This document shows positions 39,265-48,172 of a DNA stretch of 64,000 bases, in pieces. A program made the position numbers and the translations under genes. Position 1 is the stretch's first letter, and the number at the start of each line of letters is the position of its first letter. Source of the DNA: Candidatus Latescibacterota bacterium (lineage in GTDB: Bacteria; Latescibacterota; UBA2968; UBA8231); the NCBI GenBank assembly GCA_965215195.1, contig CBDCDC010000002.1:3392001-3456000 (forward strand). Reading direction: 5' to 3'. The notes under the pieces are model-generated. The model saw only the letters and a program-made list of their open reading frames with translations, had not been told where the DNA came from and ran no database searches.

Positions 39265-39328
39265 TATTAGCGTACTGGAACCGTATTATATCCTATTCTA
39301 TTCTTTTTCGTCTTTCCCCGTCTGTCTT

Positions 39329-40216
39329 ATGGCATCTGACTCCAAGCGCCGACTCCCACCCTGGCTCAAGGTTAAAGCCCCGGGCCACCCCAATTACATC
39401 GCCCTAAAAAACCTGCTCGCCGATTTACAGCTAAACACAGTGTGCGAGAGTGCCCAGTGCCCCAACATCGGCGAGTGCTGGAGCCAGCGCACGGCGACCT
39501 TTATGATTTTGGGCGATGTCTGTACCCGCAGCTGCGGGTTTTGCGCCATCAAGACGGGCCGGCCCCAAAGGCTCGACGAGGGCGAGCCAGAGCGCGTCGC
39601 CGCTGCCATTGCTCGCCTCGGGCTAGACCACGCGGTGATTACCTCGGTCAATCGCGACGAATTGCCAGACGGCGGGGCGCGCATCTTCGCTCGGACGATC
39701 TCGGCAGTACACCGCCTTTGCCCCGCGACGAGCGTCGAAGTCCTAATCCCGGACTTCAAGGGCGACTGGCAGGCCCTAGCGACCGTCCTCGCGGCCGGCC
39801 CGGACATCCTCAACCACAACATCGAGACTCCGCCCCGCCTCTACCCCATCATGCGCCCGCAAGCCCAGTACGGCCGCTCGCTGGAGCTCCTCGACCGTGC
39901 CCGCAAGCTGGGGTCGGCCCCCACCAAGTCCGGCATGATGCTGGGGGCCGGCGAGAGCAAAAGAGAAATAGCCGAAAGCATCCAAGACCTAGCGGATGTC
40001 GGCTGCGCCATCCTGACCTTGGGCCAATACTTAAGCCCATCCGCCCACCACGTGCCCGTAGAGCGCTTCGTCCACCCGGACGAGTTTGCGCAGTGGCGGC
40101 GCTTCGCCCTCGGCTTGGGCTTTCGCCACGTCGAGGCCGGCCCGCTGGTGCGCAGCTCGTACCACGCCGCCAGCCAAGTCGAACAAGTGCGGGCCGCCAC
40201 CGCCACTACCTCTTGA
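39329..40216 (+). CDS. lipA: Lipoyl synthase
   Basis: CESAQCPNIGEC, CTRSCGFC, VRSSYHA. Start moved to MASDSKRRLPPWLK. Confidence 0.96.
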   Translation: MASDSKRRLPPWLKVKAPGHPNYIALKNLLADLQLNTVCESAQCPNIGECWSQRTATFMILGDVCTRSCGFCAIKTGRPQRLDEGEPERVAAAIARLGLDHAVITSVNRDELPDGGARIFARTISAVHRLCPATSVEVLIPDFKGDWQALATVLAAGPDILNHNIETPPRLYPIMRPQAQYGRSLELLDRARKLGSAPTKSGMMLGAGESKREIAESIQDLADVGCAILTLGQYLSPSAHHVPVERFVHPDEFAQWRRFALGLGFRHVEAGPLVRSSYHAASQVEQVRAATATTS

Positions 40217-40225
40217 GAGAAGCTG

Positions 40226-41230
40226 ATGAACCTAGAGAAACAGGCTATACCCAAGTATCTGCAACGCAAAAAAATGCTCGCCAACGGGGGACCGATTCGC
40301 GTCCAAAACTTGAGTGACGGGCTGAAAAACCGGGTGTACTACGTGGAGTCTCCCAATCAGACTTGGATCGTCAAGCAGGCGCACTCGCGCGTCCAAATCA
40401 AGGAGCGCTGGTGGATCGACCGGCGGCGCATCTTCGCCGAGAAAAGCTGCATCGAACTTTTGGCGCGATTTCTCGCTCCCGAGCTCCTCCCGCGAGTCTT
40501 GCTCGAAGACCGCACGGACTTCATCCTCGTGACGACCCCACCGCCGCACAACGCCCTGTCTTGGGAGCTCGACCTGCTCAACGGCCGCATCGACCTGCAA
40601 ATCGCCGTCCAGTGCGGCGATTTGCTGGCCACCGTCCACAACGAGACGGCCGGCTCGCCCGAGGTCGCGGCCGAGTTTGCCGCCACCAAGTCATTTGAGC
40701 AACTGCGCATCGACCCTCATTACAACTACATCGTCAATGCTTATCCCGACCTCAAAAAGGCCATTGCCGTCCACACCAACCGCCTCCTCAACGAGGGGTT
40801 TTGCCTCGTCTGGGGCGACTTGCGGCCCCGCAACGTATGGGTCGCCAACGGCCAGCCCTACTGGGTCGATTTCGCCACCGCCCACTACGGCTACCCCACC
40901 TTCGACCTCGCCTTCTACACGGCCGATATGTGCGTCAAGGCCATGCAGAACACCGCCCAAAAAGCCGCCTATTTGGAGGCCGTCAATGTGTTCTGGAACA
41001 GCTATTTTGAGAACGCGAGCTACGAAAAGGCCGAGGAAGTCAAACACCAAGCCGTGCACGATCTCGGCTGCCTGCTGTTGAGCGCGACCGACGGCCGCCA
41101 GCCGGTCGGGCTCGACGACGAGCGCATCATCGGGCTGTCGCGGCGCATTGCCCAGAGCCTGATTTTGACGGGATTGGGAAAAATCGAGGACGTCACCGAG
41201 TTCGTCAACCGGACCCTGATCGACGGCTAG
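40226..41230 (+). CDS. APH/methylthioribose-kinase-like phosphotransferase
   Basis: IVKQA, FEQLRIDP, WGDLRPRN, DFATAHYGYPTFD. Confidence 0.7.
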   Translation: MNLEKQAIPKYLQRKKMLANGGPIRVQNLSDGLKNRVYYVESPNQTWIVKQAHSRVQIKERWWIDRRRIFAEKSCIELLARFLAPELLPRVLLEDRTDFILVTTPPPHNALSWELDLLNGRIDLQIAVQCGDLLATVHNETAGSPEVAAEFAATKSFEQLRIDPHYNYIVNAYPDLKKAIAVHTNRLLNEGFCLVWGDLRPRNVWVANGQPYWVDFATAHYGYPTFDLAFYTADMCVKAMQNTAQKAAYLEAVNVFWNSYFENASYEKAEEVKHQAVHDLGCLLLSATDGRQPVGLDDERIIGLSRRIAQSLILTGLGKIEDVTEFVNRTLIDG

Positions 41231-41248
41231 TCCGCGATTGTGCGGCCA

Positions 41249-41947
41249 TCAAGTTACCTTCTCCGCCAAATCCCCACTGCTAGACCGAATGTGCGCCGCC
41301 ATCGCCTGCCGCGCCGCCGCCGCATCTCGCCGCTGCAATGCCTCCAAGATCTGCTGGTGTTCCGCCAGCGAAAGTTCGGCTCGGGGACCAGCCAGCGACG
41401 GGTCCGCTAAGGTCTCCTTGATCCATTCTTGTAGATAGCTTCGCGTGGTTTCGAGCAAGCTGTAGAGAATGGAATTGTGCGTGGCTTGGGCAATCAGTAG
41501 GTGGAATTGCAAATCGCTGGCGAGAAAGCGCCCTGCGTCCTCTAACCCCTCGGCCATGCCGGCCAGCGCGTCGGCAATAGCCGCCAAATCAGCGGGCGTG
41601 GCCCGCTCGGCCGCCAAATAGGCGTTTTGCGATTCGAGCATCATCCGCGTCTCGCTCAGGTCTTGCAGCTTCTTGCCGTCGAGCAAAAATCCCCACTGCA
41701 ACGCCCGCTCCACGTATTGTCCCTTGTCGCAGACAAAAGTGCCCTCGCCCACGCGGCCGTCGAGCAGGCCCATCATGACCAGCGAGCGCAGGGCTTCGCG
41801 CAGGGAGGAGCGCCCAACCTTAAAGCGCTTACATAGCTCCCGCTCCGGCGGTAGCCTGTCGCCGGGCTTGAGGACGTTGCGCTCGATTAAGTTCGTTATC
41901 TGCGCGACGATCGCGTCGCTTACGGACGTGCGCTGCACCGGGCTCAT
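41249..41947 (-). CDS. FadR/GntR-family transcriptional regulator
   Basis: GDRLPPERELCKRFKVGRSSLREAL, FCD domain DLQFH...EH. Start uncertain. Confidence 0.92.
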   Translation of the reverse strand: MSPVQRTSVSDAIVAQITNLIERNVLKPGDRLPPERELCKRFKVGRSSLREALRSLVMMGLLDGRVGEGTFVCDKGQYVERALQWGFLLDGKKLQDLSETRMMLESQNAYLAAERATPADLAAIADALAGMAEGLEDAGRFLASDLQFHLLIAQATHNSILYSLLETTRSYLQEWIKETLADPSLAGPRAELSLAEHQQILEALQRRDAAAARQAMAAHIRSSSGDLAEKVT

Positions 41948-42012
41948 GGCCGCGGCCGCGGCTTTCTTAGCAGAGTGGGTCAAGGTATCCAATCGCGGAT
42001 AGCGAAAAAAAT

Positions 42013-42041
42013 TTGCCGATGGTCTGACCATTAGCTATTTT
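42013..42041 (+). promoter_or_regulatory. Promoter of the methyltransferase operon with a FadR-type operator in its spacer
   Basis: TTGCCG-17 nt-TATTTT. The spacer contains the palindrome ATGGTC-T-GACCAT (42019-42031), matching the TGGT-N3-ACCA consensus of FadR-subfamily operators. Confidence 0.7.
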
Positions 42042-42082
42042 CTCAAACAGTACTCAACGTAGCACTTTGCTGTCAAGAGGAA

Positions 42083-42724
42083 ATGCAGATGGCACAGACT
42101 TTGGACCTTGGCTCGCGCGTCGAATTGGTCTCTATGGATCCCCACTTCGACGACATTTCCATCGCTCTCTATTGCCCGGACGGCCCCGGCCCCCCTTGCT
42201 ACCGAGTCCACACCTATAGCTGTCGCCCCAGGGCGGACGAGCGCGTCGCCGGGGTTGCCCGCGCTATGCAGGTGCTCGGAGGCATGGAACAAACGAGCGC
42301 CGGATCGCTCAGCTTTTCCTGCGGCCACGCCCATCGGCTCGCGGTCAAGCGGCTCTTTTTAGAGGCTTGTAAGCTGTCGCCGACCCAGCCCCTAGAGCCG
42401 CGCCCGCTGCATATCTTCGACAAAAAGGCCAACGCCACCATTGCCGTCGCCAGCCTCGGGCAGGGCTTGTACGAAGCCCGCGCCACCGAACAGACCCCCG
42501 GTGTGGAACGCCGCGTCGCCACCATCGCCCGCGGCCTAATCCGCCTCGGTGAAATGGAAGAAGTCGCCGATCAACCCAACCAAGTCCGCTTCGGCTGCGG
42601 CCACTCCCACGACGCCCTTATTGGCCTCTTGCTCGTCCGCGCCCCCAACGTGCGCGCCGCCGTGCGCGAGGCCGAAGCCATGGCCAGCCGCGGCGTGCTC
42701 TCAGCTCCTAGCACTCAAGAATAA
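42083..42724 (+). CDS. Hypothetical protein with two CGHxH motifs
   Basis: First gene of the operon. FSCGHAH and FGCGHSH in two internally similar halves. Confidence 0.8.
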   Translation: MQMAQTLDLGSRVELVSMDPHFDDISIALYCPDGPGPPCYRVHTYSCRPRADERVAGVARAMQVLGGMEQTSAGSLSFSCGHAHRLAVKRLFLEACKLSPTQPLEPRPLHIFDKKANATIAVASLGQGLYEARATEQTPGVERRVATIARGLIRLGEMEEVADQPNQVRFGCGHSHDALIGLLLVRAPNVRAAVREAEAMASRGVLSAPSTQE

Positions 42725-42734
42725 AGGAGTCTAT

Positions 42735-43769
42735 ATGCCCTCTTCAATGACCAGCCGCGAGCGCGTCCTCGCCGCCCTCGCCCGCCAGCCTGTGGACCGC
42801 ACTCCGCTCTGCAACCCGACCTCGGTGGCCACCGTCGAATTGATGGATCTCGTCGATGCCCCTTTCCCCGCAGCCAACCGCGAGCCCGAGCTCATGGCGC
42901 GGCTGGCCGCCACCAGCTACACCGAGCTGGGCTTTGACACCATCATGCCGGTCTTCACCATCATCCAAGAGTCCTCGGCCCTCGGGTGCAAAATCCAGTG
43001 GGAGCAAAAGGACAACTGGCCCACCGTCCGCATGAGCGAGCCAATCTGGCACGAGCCAGACGACATCAAAATCCCCGCCGACCTCTGCACCCACCCGGAC
43101 ACGGCTTGCGTCACCGAAGCGATCAAAATTCTGCGCCGAGAATACGGCGACGAAGTCGCCATCGTCGGCAAAACCATGGGGCCTTGGTCGCTGGGCTACC
43201 ACTGCTTCGGAGTCGAGCCTTTTCTGCTGTTGTCGCTCGACGACCCAGGCAAGACCAAGCTCTGCCTCGATCGCATGAAAGAGATCACCATTGAATTTGG
43301 GCAAGCGCAGATCGAGGCCGGTGCCGACGCCCTGACCCTGCCCGATCACGCCACCGGCGACCTCGTCAGCGGCGAGTATTACGAGCGCTACCTGCGCGAC
43401 CTGCACATCGAGTTTGCCGAGCGGCTTTCGGTGCCCATCATCCTCCACATCTGCGGTCGCACGGTTGACCGCATGGAGTACATCGCCCAAACCGGCATGG
43501 CGGCCTTCCACTTCGATTCCAAGAATACGCCCGAGGAATCCACCCAAATCGTGCGCGACCGCATCTCATTAGTAGGCAACATCAACAACCCCGAGACCCT
43601 CTTTGCCAAAGGGCCGGAAGTCGTCGGTGCCGAAGTCGTGCGCAACCTCGAGGCCGGCGTCCAGCTCATCGGCCCGGAGTGCGCCATCCCCTTGCAGACC
43701 TCCATCGAAAACCTCAAGGCCATCCCCCGCACGGTCCACGAGTGGCACCGGGACCAAGCTCGCAACTGA
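42735..43769 (+). CDS. MtaA/CmuA-family (URO-D fold) cobalamin methyltransferase
   Basis: MTSRERVLAAL, GPWSL, QIEAGADAL, Zn-type LHICG ... GPEC. AAGGAG RBS. Confidence 0.88.
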   Translation: MPSSMTSRERVLAALARQPVDRTPLCNPTSVATVELMDLVDAPFPAANREPELMARLAATSYTELGFDTIMPVFTIIQESSALGCKIQWEQKDNWPTVRMSEPIWHEPDDIKIPADLCTHPDTACVTEAIKILRREYGDEVAIVGKTMGPWSLGYHCFGVEPFLLLSLDDPGKTKLCLDRMKEITIEFGQAQIEAGADALTLPDHATGDLVSGEYYERYLRDLHIEFAERLSVPIILHICGRTVDRMEYIAQTGMAAFHFDSKNTPEESTQIVRDRISLVGNINNPETLFAKGPEVVGAEVVRNLEAGVQLIGPECAIPLQTSIENLKAIPRTVHEWHRDQARN

Positions 43770-43781
43770 AGAAGAGACCCT

Positions 43782-44525
43782 ATGGCAGACATCACTGACA
43801 TCGCCAACGAATTTATCCGCGACGAGATCGAAGAGTTCATCGAGCGCGACGACGAGCGCGAGCGCATCACCAGCCTCTTCGCCCAAGCGAGCGCGGACAT
43901 GCAGGACATCGCCGCGGCTCTCATCGATGGCGACCACCTAACGGTCGATGAGCTGACCGGCCAAGCCATTGCCGCGGGCGTGGAGGCCCTCGAAGTCATG
44001 GACGACGGGCTGATCGCTGGCATGGCCATCGTCGGCATCAAATTCCGCGAAAACTTCATCTTCGTCCCCGAAGTGTTAGCCTGCGCCCGCGCCATGAAGG
44101 CCGGCATGACCCACATTGAGCCCATTCTCTCGGCCTCAGGCGTCGATCCCATCGGCACGGTGATCATGGGCACGGTCAAGGGCGACCTCCACGACATCGG
44201 CAAAAACTTGTGCATTATGATGCTGCGCGGGGCTGGCTTCGTCGTCCACGACCTCGGCGTAGATACTTCCGAAGACGAGTTCATCGACGCCATCGAAGAG
44301 CACCAAGCCCCGCTCTTGGGCATGTCGGCCCTGTTGACCACTACCATGCCGAACATGGGCAAGACCATCGACGCCTTCATCGACGCCGACTTGCGCGACG
44401 ACGTCAAAATCATGGTCGGCGGCGCACCCGTGACCCAGGAGTTTGCCGACGACATGGGTGCCGACGGGTACGGCAAGGACGCCCTCGCCTGCGTGTCCTT
44501 GGCCAAGGAACTGTTGGAGGAGTAG
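43782..44525 (+). CDS. Corrinoid (B12-binding) protein
   Basis: FVPEVL cap domain, GTVKGDLHDIGKNL (DxHxxG), SALLTTT, MVGGAP. Confidence 0.95.
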   Translation: MADITDIANEFIRDEIEEFIERDDERERITSLFAQASADMQDIAAALIDGDHLTVDELTGQAIAAGVEALEVMDDGLIAGMAIVGIKFRENFIFVPEVLACARAMKAGMTHIEPILSASGVDPIGTVIMGTVKGDLHDIGKNLCIMMLRGAGFVVHDLGVDTSEDEFIDAIEEHQAPLLGMSALLTTTMPNMGKTIDAFIDADLRDDVKIMVGGAPVTQEFADDMGADGYGKDALACVSLAKELLEE

Positions 44526-44542
44526 TGAAACTCTCCATAACG

Positions 44543-46471
44543 ATGCCTTCGTCCACGACCCAAATCGACCCCCAAGAGTACCAAAAGCGCCTCGACCGCC
44601 TGTCGGACATCCTTGCCGGCATTGCCACCCATGCCGACGTGCAGGCGACCTTTCGCTGCCCGTACAAGAACCGCTTCGACCAATGCACCGCCCACTTCGG
44701 CTGCCGCAACCAGCGCAAGCCGCAAAAGCCGGGCGGGCTGTTCCAGTGCGGCGGCGACGACCAGCTCGACTACCGCTCGGCTTGGGAGTTCACGCCTAAA
44801 GGCGCGGTGAAACCGACCCAACGCCCGGCCACACCCAGCCGCGGGCAAATCCGCTGCGACGGCACCTCCCACCCGCTGTCCACCGGCGGCACCCTCTTCG
44901 ACTACGCGGATCAACTCGGCACCCGAGTGCCCACCTCCTGCGGGCGCACCGGCCACTGCCACGAGTGCATCGTCGAGGTCACAAGCGGTGCCCAAGCCCT
45001 CAACGCGCCGACGCCGGCCGAAGACTTCCTCGGCGGTGAGTTCCGGCTCGCCTGTCAAGCCAAAGTCGAAGACGCGGATGTCGATATCGAGTTCGCACCG
45101 CTTTTTCGCACACCTCGAATCCTGACCCACACCGTGGATCGACCCGCCGAGATCGACCCGCTAGTCCAGCGGCGGGGGCAAGCCATCTACTACGGCGACG
45201 AGGAAATCGACCAGTATCGCGGCCACCTCTACGGGCTGGCCATCGACTTGGGTACCACCACCATCGTCCTCGACTTAGTCGATCTGGAAACGGGCGAGAG
45301 CGTGCATTTGAGCGCATTTGAAAACCCGCAGCGCTTTGGCGGCAGCGACATCATGCACCGCATTTCCTACGACGGGCAACACCCCGGCGAGTTGCGCCAA
45401 GCCCTCGTCAAGGCACTCAACCACGAAATCGAGAACCTCTGTCGGCGCGGCAGCTTTGTGCGACAGGAAATTTACGAGATCGCGATCGCCGGCAACTCCA
45501 CGATGCGCGACATCCTCTTCCGCCTCGACGTGCAGAGCATCGGCCAAAAGCCTTACAAATCGCGCATTGAGCACGCATACCTAAGCGGCGAACGCACCGC
45601 GACCAGCCTAGTCGAAAAAACCCGCCGCCTCGGCCTGAAGGCCAATCCCAAAGCGCGCGCGTACTCGCTGCCCCTGATCGCCAGCCACGTCGGCGCGGAC
45701 GTGGCCGCCGATTTGGTCGCTGTCGATATGGACCTTGCCAGCGAAAGCGCGATGCTGGTCGATGTGGGCACCAACACCGAAGTAGTAGTCGCACACCAAG
45801 GCCGTCTCGTCGCGGCCTCCTGCCCGGCCGGCCCGGCCTTTGAGGGCGGCGGCATCACCTACGGTATGCCCGGCTGCGACGGGGCCATTGAGTCCATCTG
45901 CTGGGACGGCACGTGCTGGCGGTGGGAAACTATCGGCGACGCCGCGCCGGCCGGGCTGTGCGGCTCCGGGCTAATCGACCTCCTCGCCGAGTTGCGCCGC
46001 CACGACTTAATGACCCCCAAGGGCGTTTTCGCCGGCAAAAAGCGCCAATTTGAGCTGGTCCCCGAGCGCGGCATCACCTTCTCGCGCCTCGACGCTTCAA
46101 ACCTAGCCCAAGCCAAAGCCGCTAATTTCTGCGGCCAGTACATCGTCTTGCGGACCTTGGGCTTGGACCCGGGCGACGTGCAACAGCTCTATCTCGCCGG
46201 CGGTTTTGCCAACTACGTCGATGTCCAAGCCGCCATAGACATTGGCTTTCTGGCTCCCGTGTCCACCACGCGCATCGCCAAGGTGGGCAACGCCGCTGTC
46301 CAAGGGGCGCGCGAAGTGCTTCTCTCGGCCGGCAAACGCGCCCGAATCGAAGCACTGGCCAAGCGCATTGAGCACATCGAACTGGAGACGACCCCCGACT
46401 TTTTTGAGCTCTTCGTCGAGGGCTGCCAATTCAAACCCATGCCCCTGAAACTGACTGCTGCCTCCGTCTGA
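44543..46471 (+). CDS. RamA/RACE-like corrinoid reactivation ATPase (2Fe-2S + ASKHA/DUF4445)
   Basis: SCGRTGHCHEC...RLACQ, DLGTTT, DVGTNTE, AGPAFEG, GLCGSG, LAGGFAN. An alternative GTG start lies at 44525. Confidence 0.9.
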   Translation: MPSSTTQIDPQEYQKRLDRLSDILAGIATHADVQATFRCPYKNRFDQCTAHFGCRNQRKPQKPGGLFQCGGDDQLDYRSAWEFTPKGAVKPTQRPATPSRGQIRCDGTSHPLSTGGTLFDYADQLGTRVPTSCGRTGHCHECIVEVTSGAQALNAPTPAEDFLGGEFRLACQAKVEDADVDIEFAPLFRTPRILTHTVDRPAEIDPLVQRRGQAIYYGDEEIDQYRGHLYGLAIDLGTTTIVLDLVDLETGESVHLSAFENPQRFGGSDIMHRISYDGQHPGELRQALVKALNHEIENLCRRGSFVRQEIYEIAIAGNSTMRDILFRLDVQSIGQKPYKSRIEHAYLSGERTATSLVEKTRRLGLKANPKARAYSLPLIASHVGADVAADLVAVDMDLASESAMLVDVGTNTEVVVAHQGRLVAASCPAGPAFEGGGITYGMPGCDGAIESICWDGTCWRWETIGDAAPAGLCGSGLIDLLAELRRHDLMTPKGVFAGKKRQFELVPERGITFSRLDASNLAQAKAANFCGQYIVLRTLGLDPGDVQQLYLAGGFANYVDVQAAIDIGFLAPVSTTRIAKVGNAAVQGAREVLLSAGKRARIEALAKRIEHIELETTPDFFELFVEGCQFKPMPLKLTAASV

Positions 46472-46478
46472 AAAGGCC

Positions 46479-48038
46479 ATGCAGAAAACCGCCACCCTGC
46501 GCCATCTGCTAGAAGAGACCGACCGCTTTATCACCTGCGTCGAGTTGGTCACATCCCGGGGCACCCTAGCCGACCGCGGCGGCAAGCGCGTTTTGGACAT
46601 GGCCCGCATCCTATCCGCCGATCCGCGCTTTGACGCCCTGTCGATCACCGACAATCCCGGCGGCAATCCCATGCTCACCGCAGACGCGCTGGGAACTCCG
46701 CTCAAGGAAGGCGGCCAAGAAGTCATCATCCACCTCTCCTGCAAGGACTTCAACCGCAACGGGCTAATGGGCCAAGCTTGGAAGCTGGCCAATGGGGGCT
46801 TCGACAACATTCTCACCCTGTCGGGCGATTATCCCATCGCCGGGTACCAAGGCCAGGCCGGCGGCGTGTTCGACATCGATTCAGTCGGCCTGTTGCAATT
46901 GCTCTCCGATATGAACGAGGGGCGCTTTGAGGATGCTTCGCCGGGCCGCAAGCCGCGTCCCTTAAAACCCACCCGCTTTTTTCTCGGTGCTGTAGTCAAC
47001 AACCACAAGCGGCTTGAAGCCGAGGTCATGCCGCAGTATTTCAAGCTGGCCCAAAAAATCCGCACCGGTGCCCGCTTCATCATCAGTCAAATTGGCTACG
47101 ACGCCCGCAAGCAGGACGAGCTGCTCAAGTACATGGCCCTGCACGGCCTCCACGTTCCGGTCATTGCCAATGTCTTCGTCTTGTCCGGGGGCGTAGCCCG
47201 CTTCTTCCACGCCGGCCGCATCCCCGGCGTCGAAGTTACCGACGAATTGCTCGCCGTAGCGCAAAAGCAAGCCGCTTCCCCGGATAAGGGCAAAGCCTTC
47301 TTCCTCGAATTTGCCGCCCAACAGTGCGCCATTGCCCGAGGCTTGGGCTATCGCGGCGTGTACTTGGGGGGGCACATCGGGGCCGAGGAATACGGCCGCA
47401 TTTTGGAACTAGCCGCACAGTACGCTACAGACGACTGGCGCGATTTCGCCCGCCAGATCCGCTACTCGCGCCCCGGCGAATTCTTCTATTTTGCAGAAGA
47501 CCCCGACACCAGCTTGGCCTCCACCCAAGTCAACCAAGCCTATCTCGACTCAAAGACTCCCAGTGGGCGTCGCCCAGCCCCCCTACCGTACAGGATAAAT
47601 CGCCAAATCCACGACCGCGTCTTTGAGCCGAGCAAGGCCCTGTTCCGTCTAGGAGCGGCCCTGTCGCGCAAACTCGAGGGCGGGAGACTGCAAAAGCCCT
47701 TGCACACTGTGGAGCACGCGCTTAAAATCGCCGCTTTTGACTGCCGCGACTGCGGCGACTGCTCGCTGCCGGACATCGCCTATTTGTGCCCGGAATCGCA
47801 GTGCGTCAAAAACCAGCGCAACGGCCCCTGCGGCGGTACGCGCCAAGGCAAGTGCGAAGTCGGCGACAAGGACTGCATCTGGGCGCGCGCGTACGACCGT
47901 CTCAAGGCCTATGGAGAAGAGGAACAAATGCTCGGCGACGCAGCCGTCATCAAGGACGCGGCTTTACAGGGCACTAGCGCTTGGGCCAACGCCTTTTTGC
48001 AAAGAGATCACCGCGGGAAGAGGAAAGACGCTGAGTAA
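46479..48038 (+). CDS. metF: Methylenetetrahydrofolate reductase fused to a C-terminal MetV-like Cys-rich domain
   Basis: SITDNPGG, HLSCKDFNR, LSGDYP, KIRTGARFIISQ. C-terminal CRDCGDC...CPESQCVKNQRNGPCGG...C...C. Confidence 0.85.
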   Translation: MQKTATLRHLLEETDRFITCVELVTSRGTLADRGGKRVLDMARILSADPRFDALSITDNPGGNPMLTADALGTPLKEGGQEVIIHLSCKDFNRNGLMGQAWKLANGGFDNILTLSGDYPIAGYQGQAGGVFDIDSVGLLQLLSDMNEGRFEDASPGRKPRPLKPTRFFLGAVVNNHKRLEAEVMPQYFKLAQKIRTGARFIISQIGYDARKQDELLKYMALHGLHVPVIANVFVLSGGVARFFHAGRIPGVEVTDELLAVAQKQAASPDKGKAFFLEFAAQQCAIARGLGYRGVYLGGHIGAEEYGRILELAAQYATDDWRDFARQIRYSRPGEFFYFAEDPDTSLASTQVNQAYLDSKTPSGRRPAPLPYRINRQIHDRVFEPSKALFRLGAALSRKLEGGRLQKPLHTVEHALKIAAFDCRDCGDCSLPDIAYLCPESQCVKNQRNGPCGGTRQGKCEVGDKDCIWARAYDRLKAYGEEEQMLGDAAVIKDAALQGTSAWANAFLQRDHRGKRKDAE

Positions 48039-48172
48039 AATCGAACCGCGGGCAGAACCGGGTGTATGGTGATTTTAGGAGTTGCGAATTGCAAATTGCG
48101 TCGGCTTCGTGCTGTGTCTCGTTAAAACGCTGTCTCACCCAAGTGCTGATACCATTCCCCGACATCCGGCCG

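Noticed and set aside
42030-42090. Cobalamin riboswitch upstream of the B12 operon
   Set aside because: The intergenic space is too short and has no B12-box. A FadR-type operator explains the regulation.
43388-45130. 580-aa minus-strand ORF
   Set aside because: Antisense to three well-supported plus-strand genes, a typical high-GC shadow ORF with no recognisable motifs.
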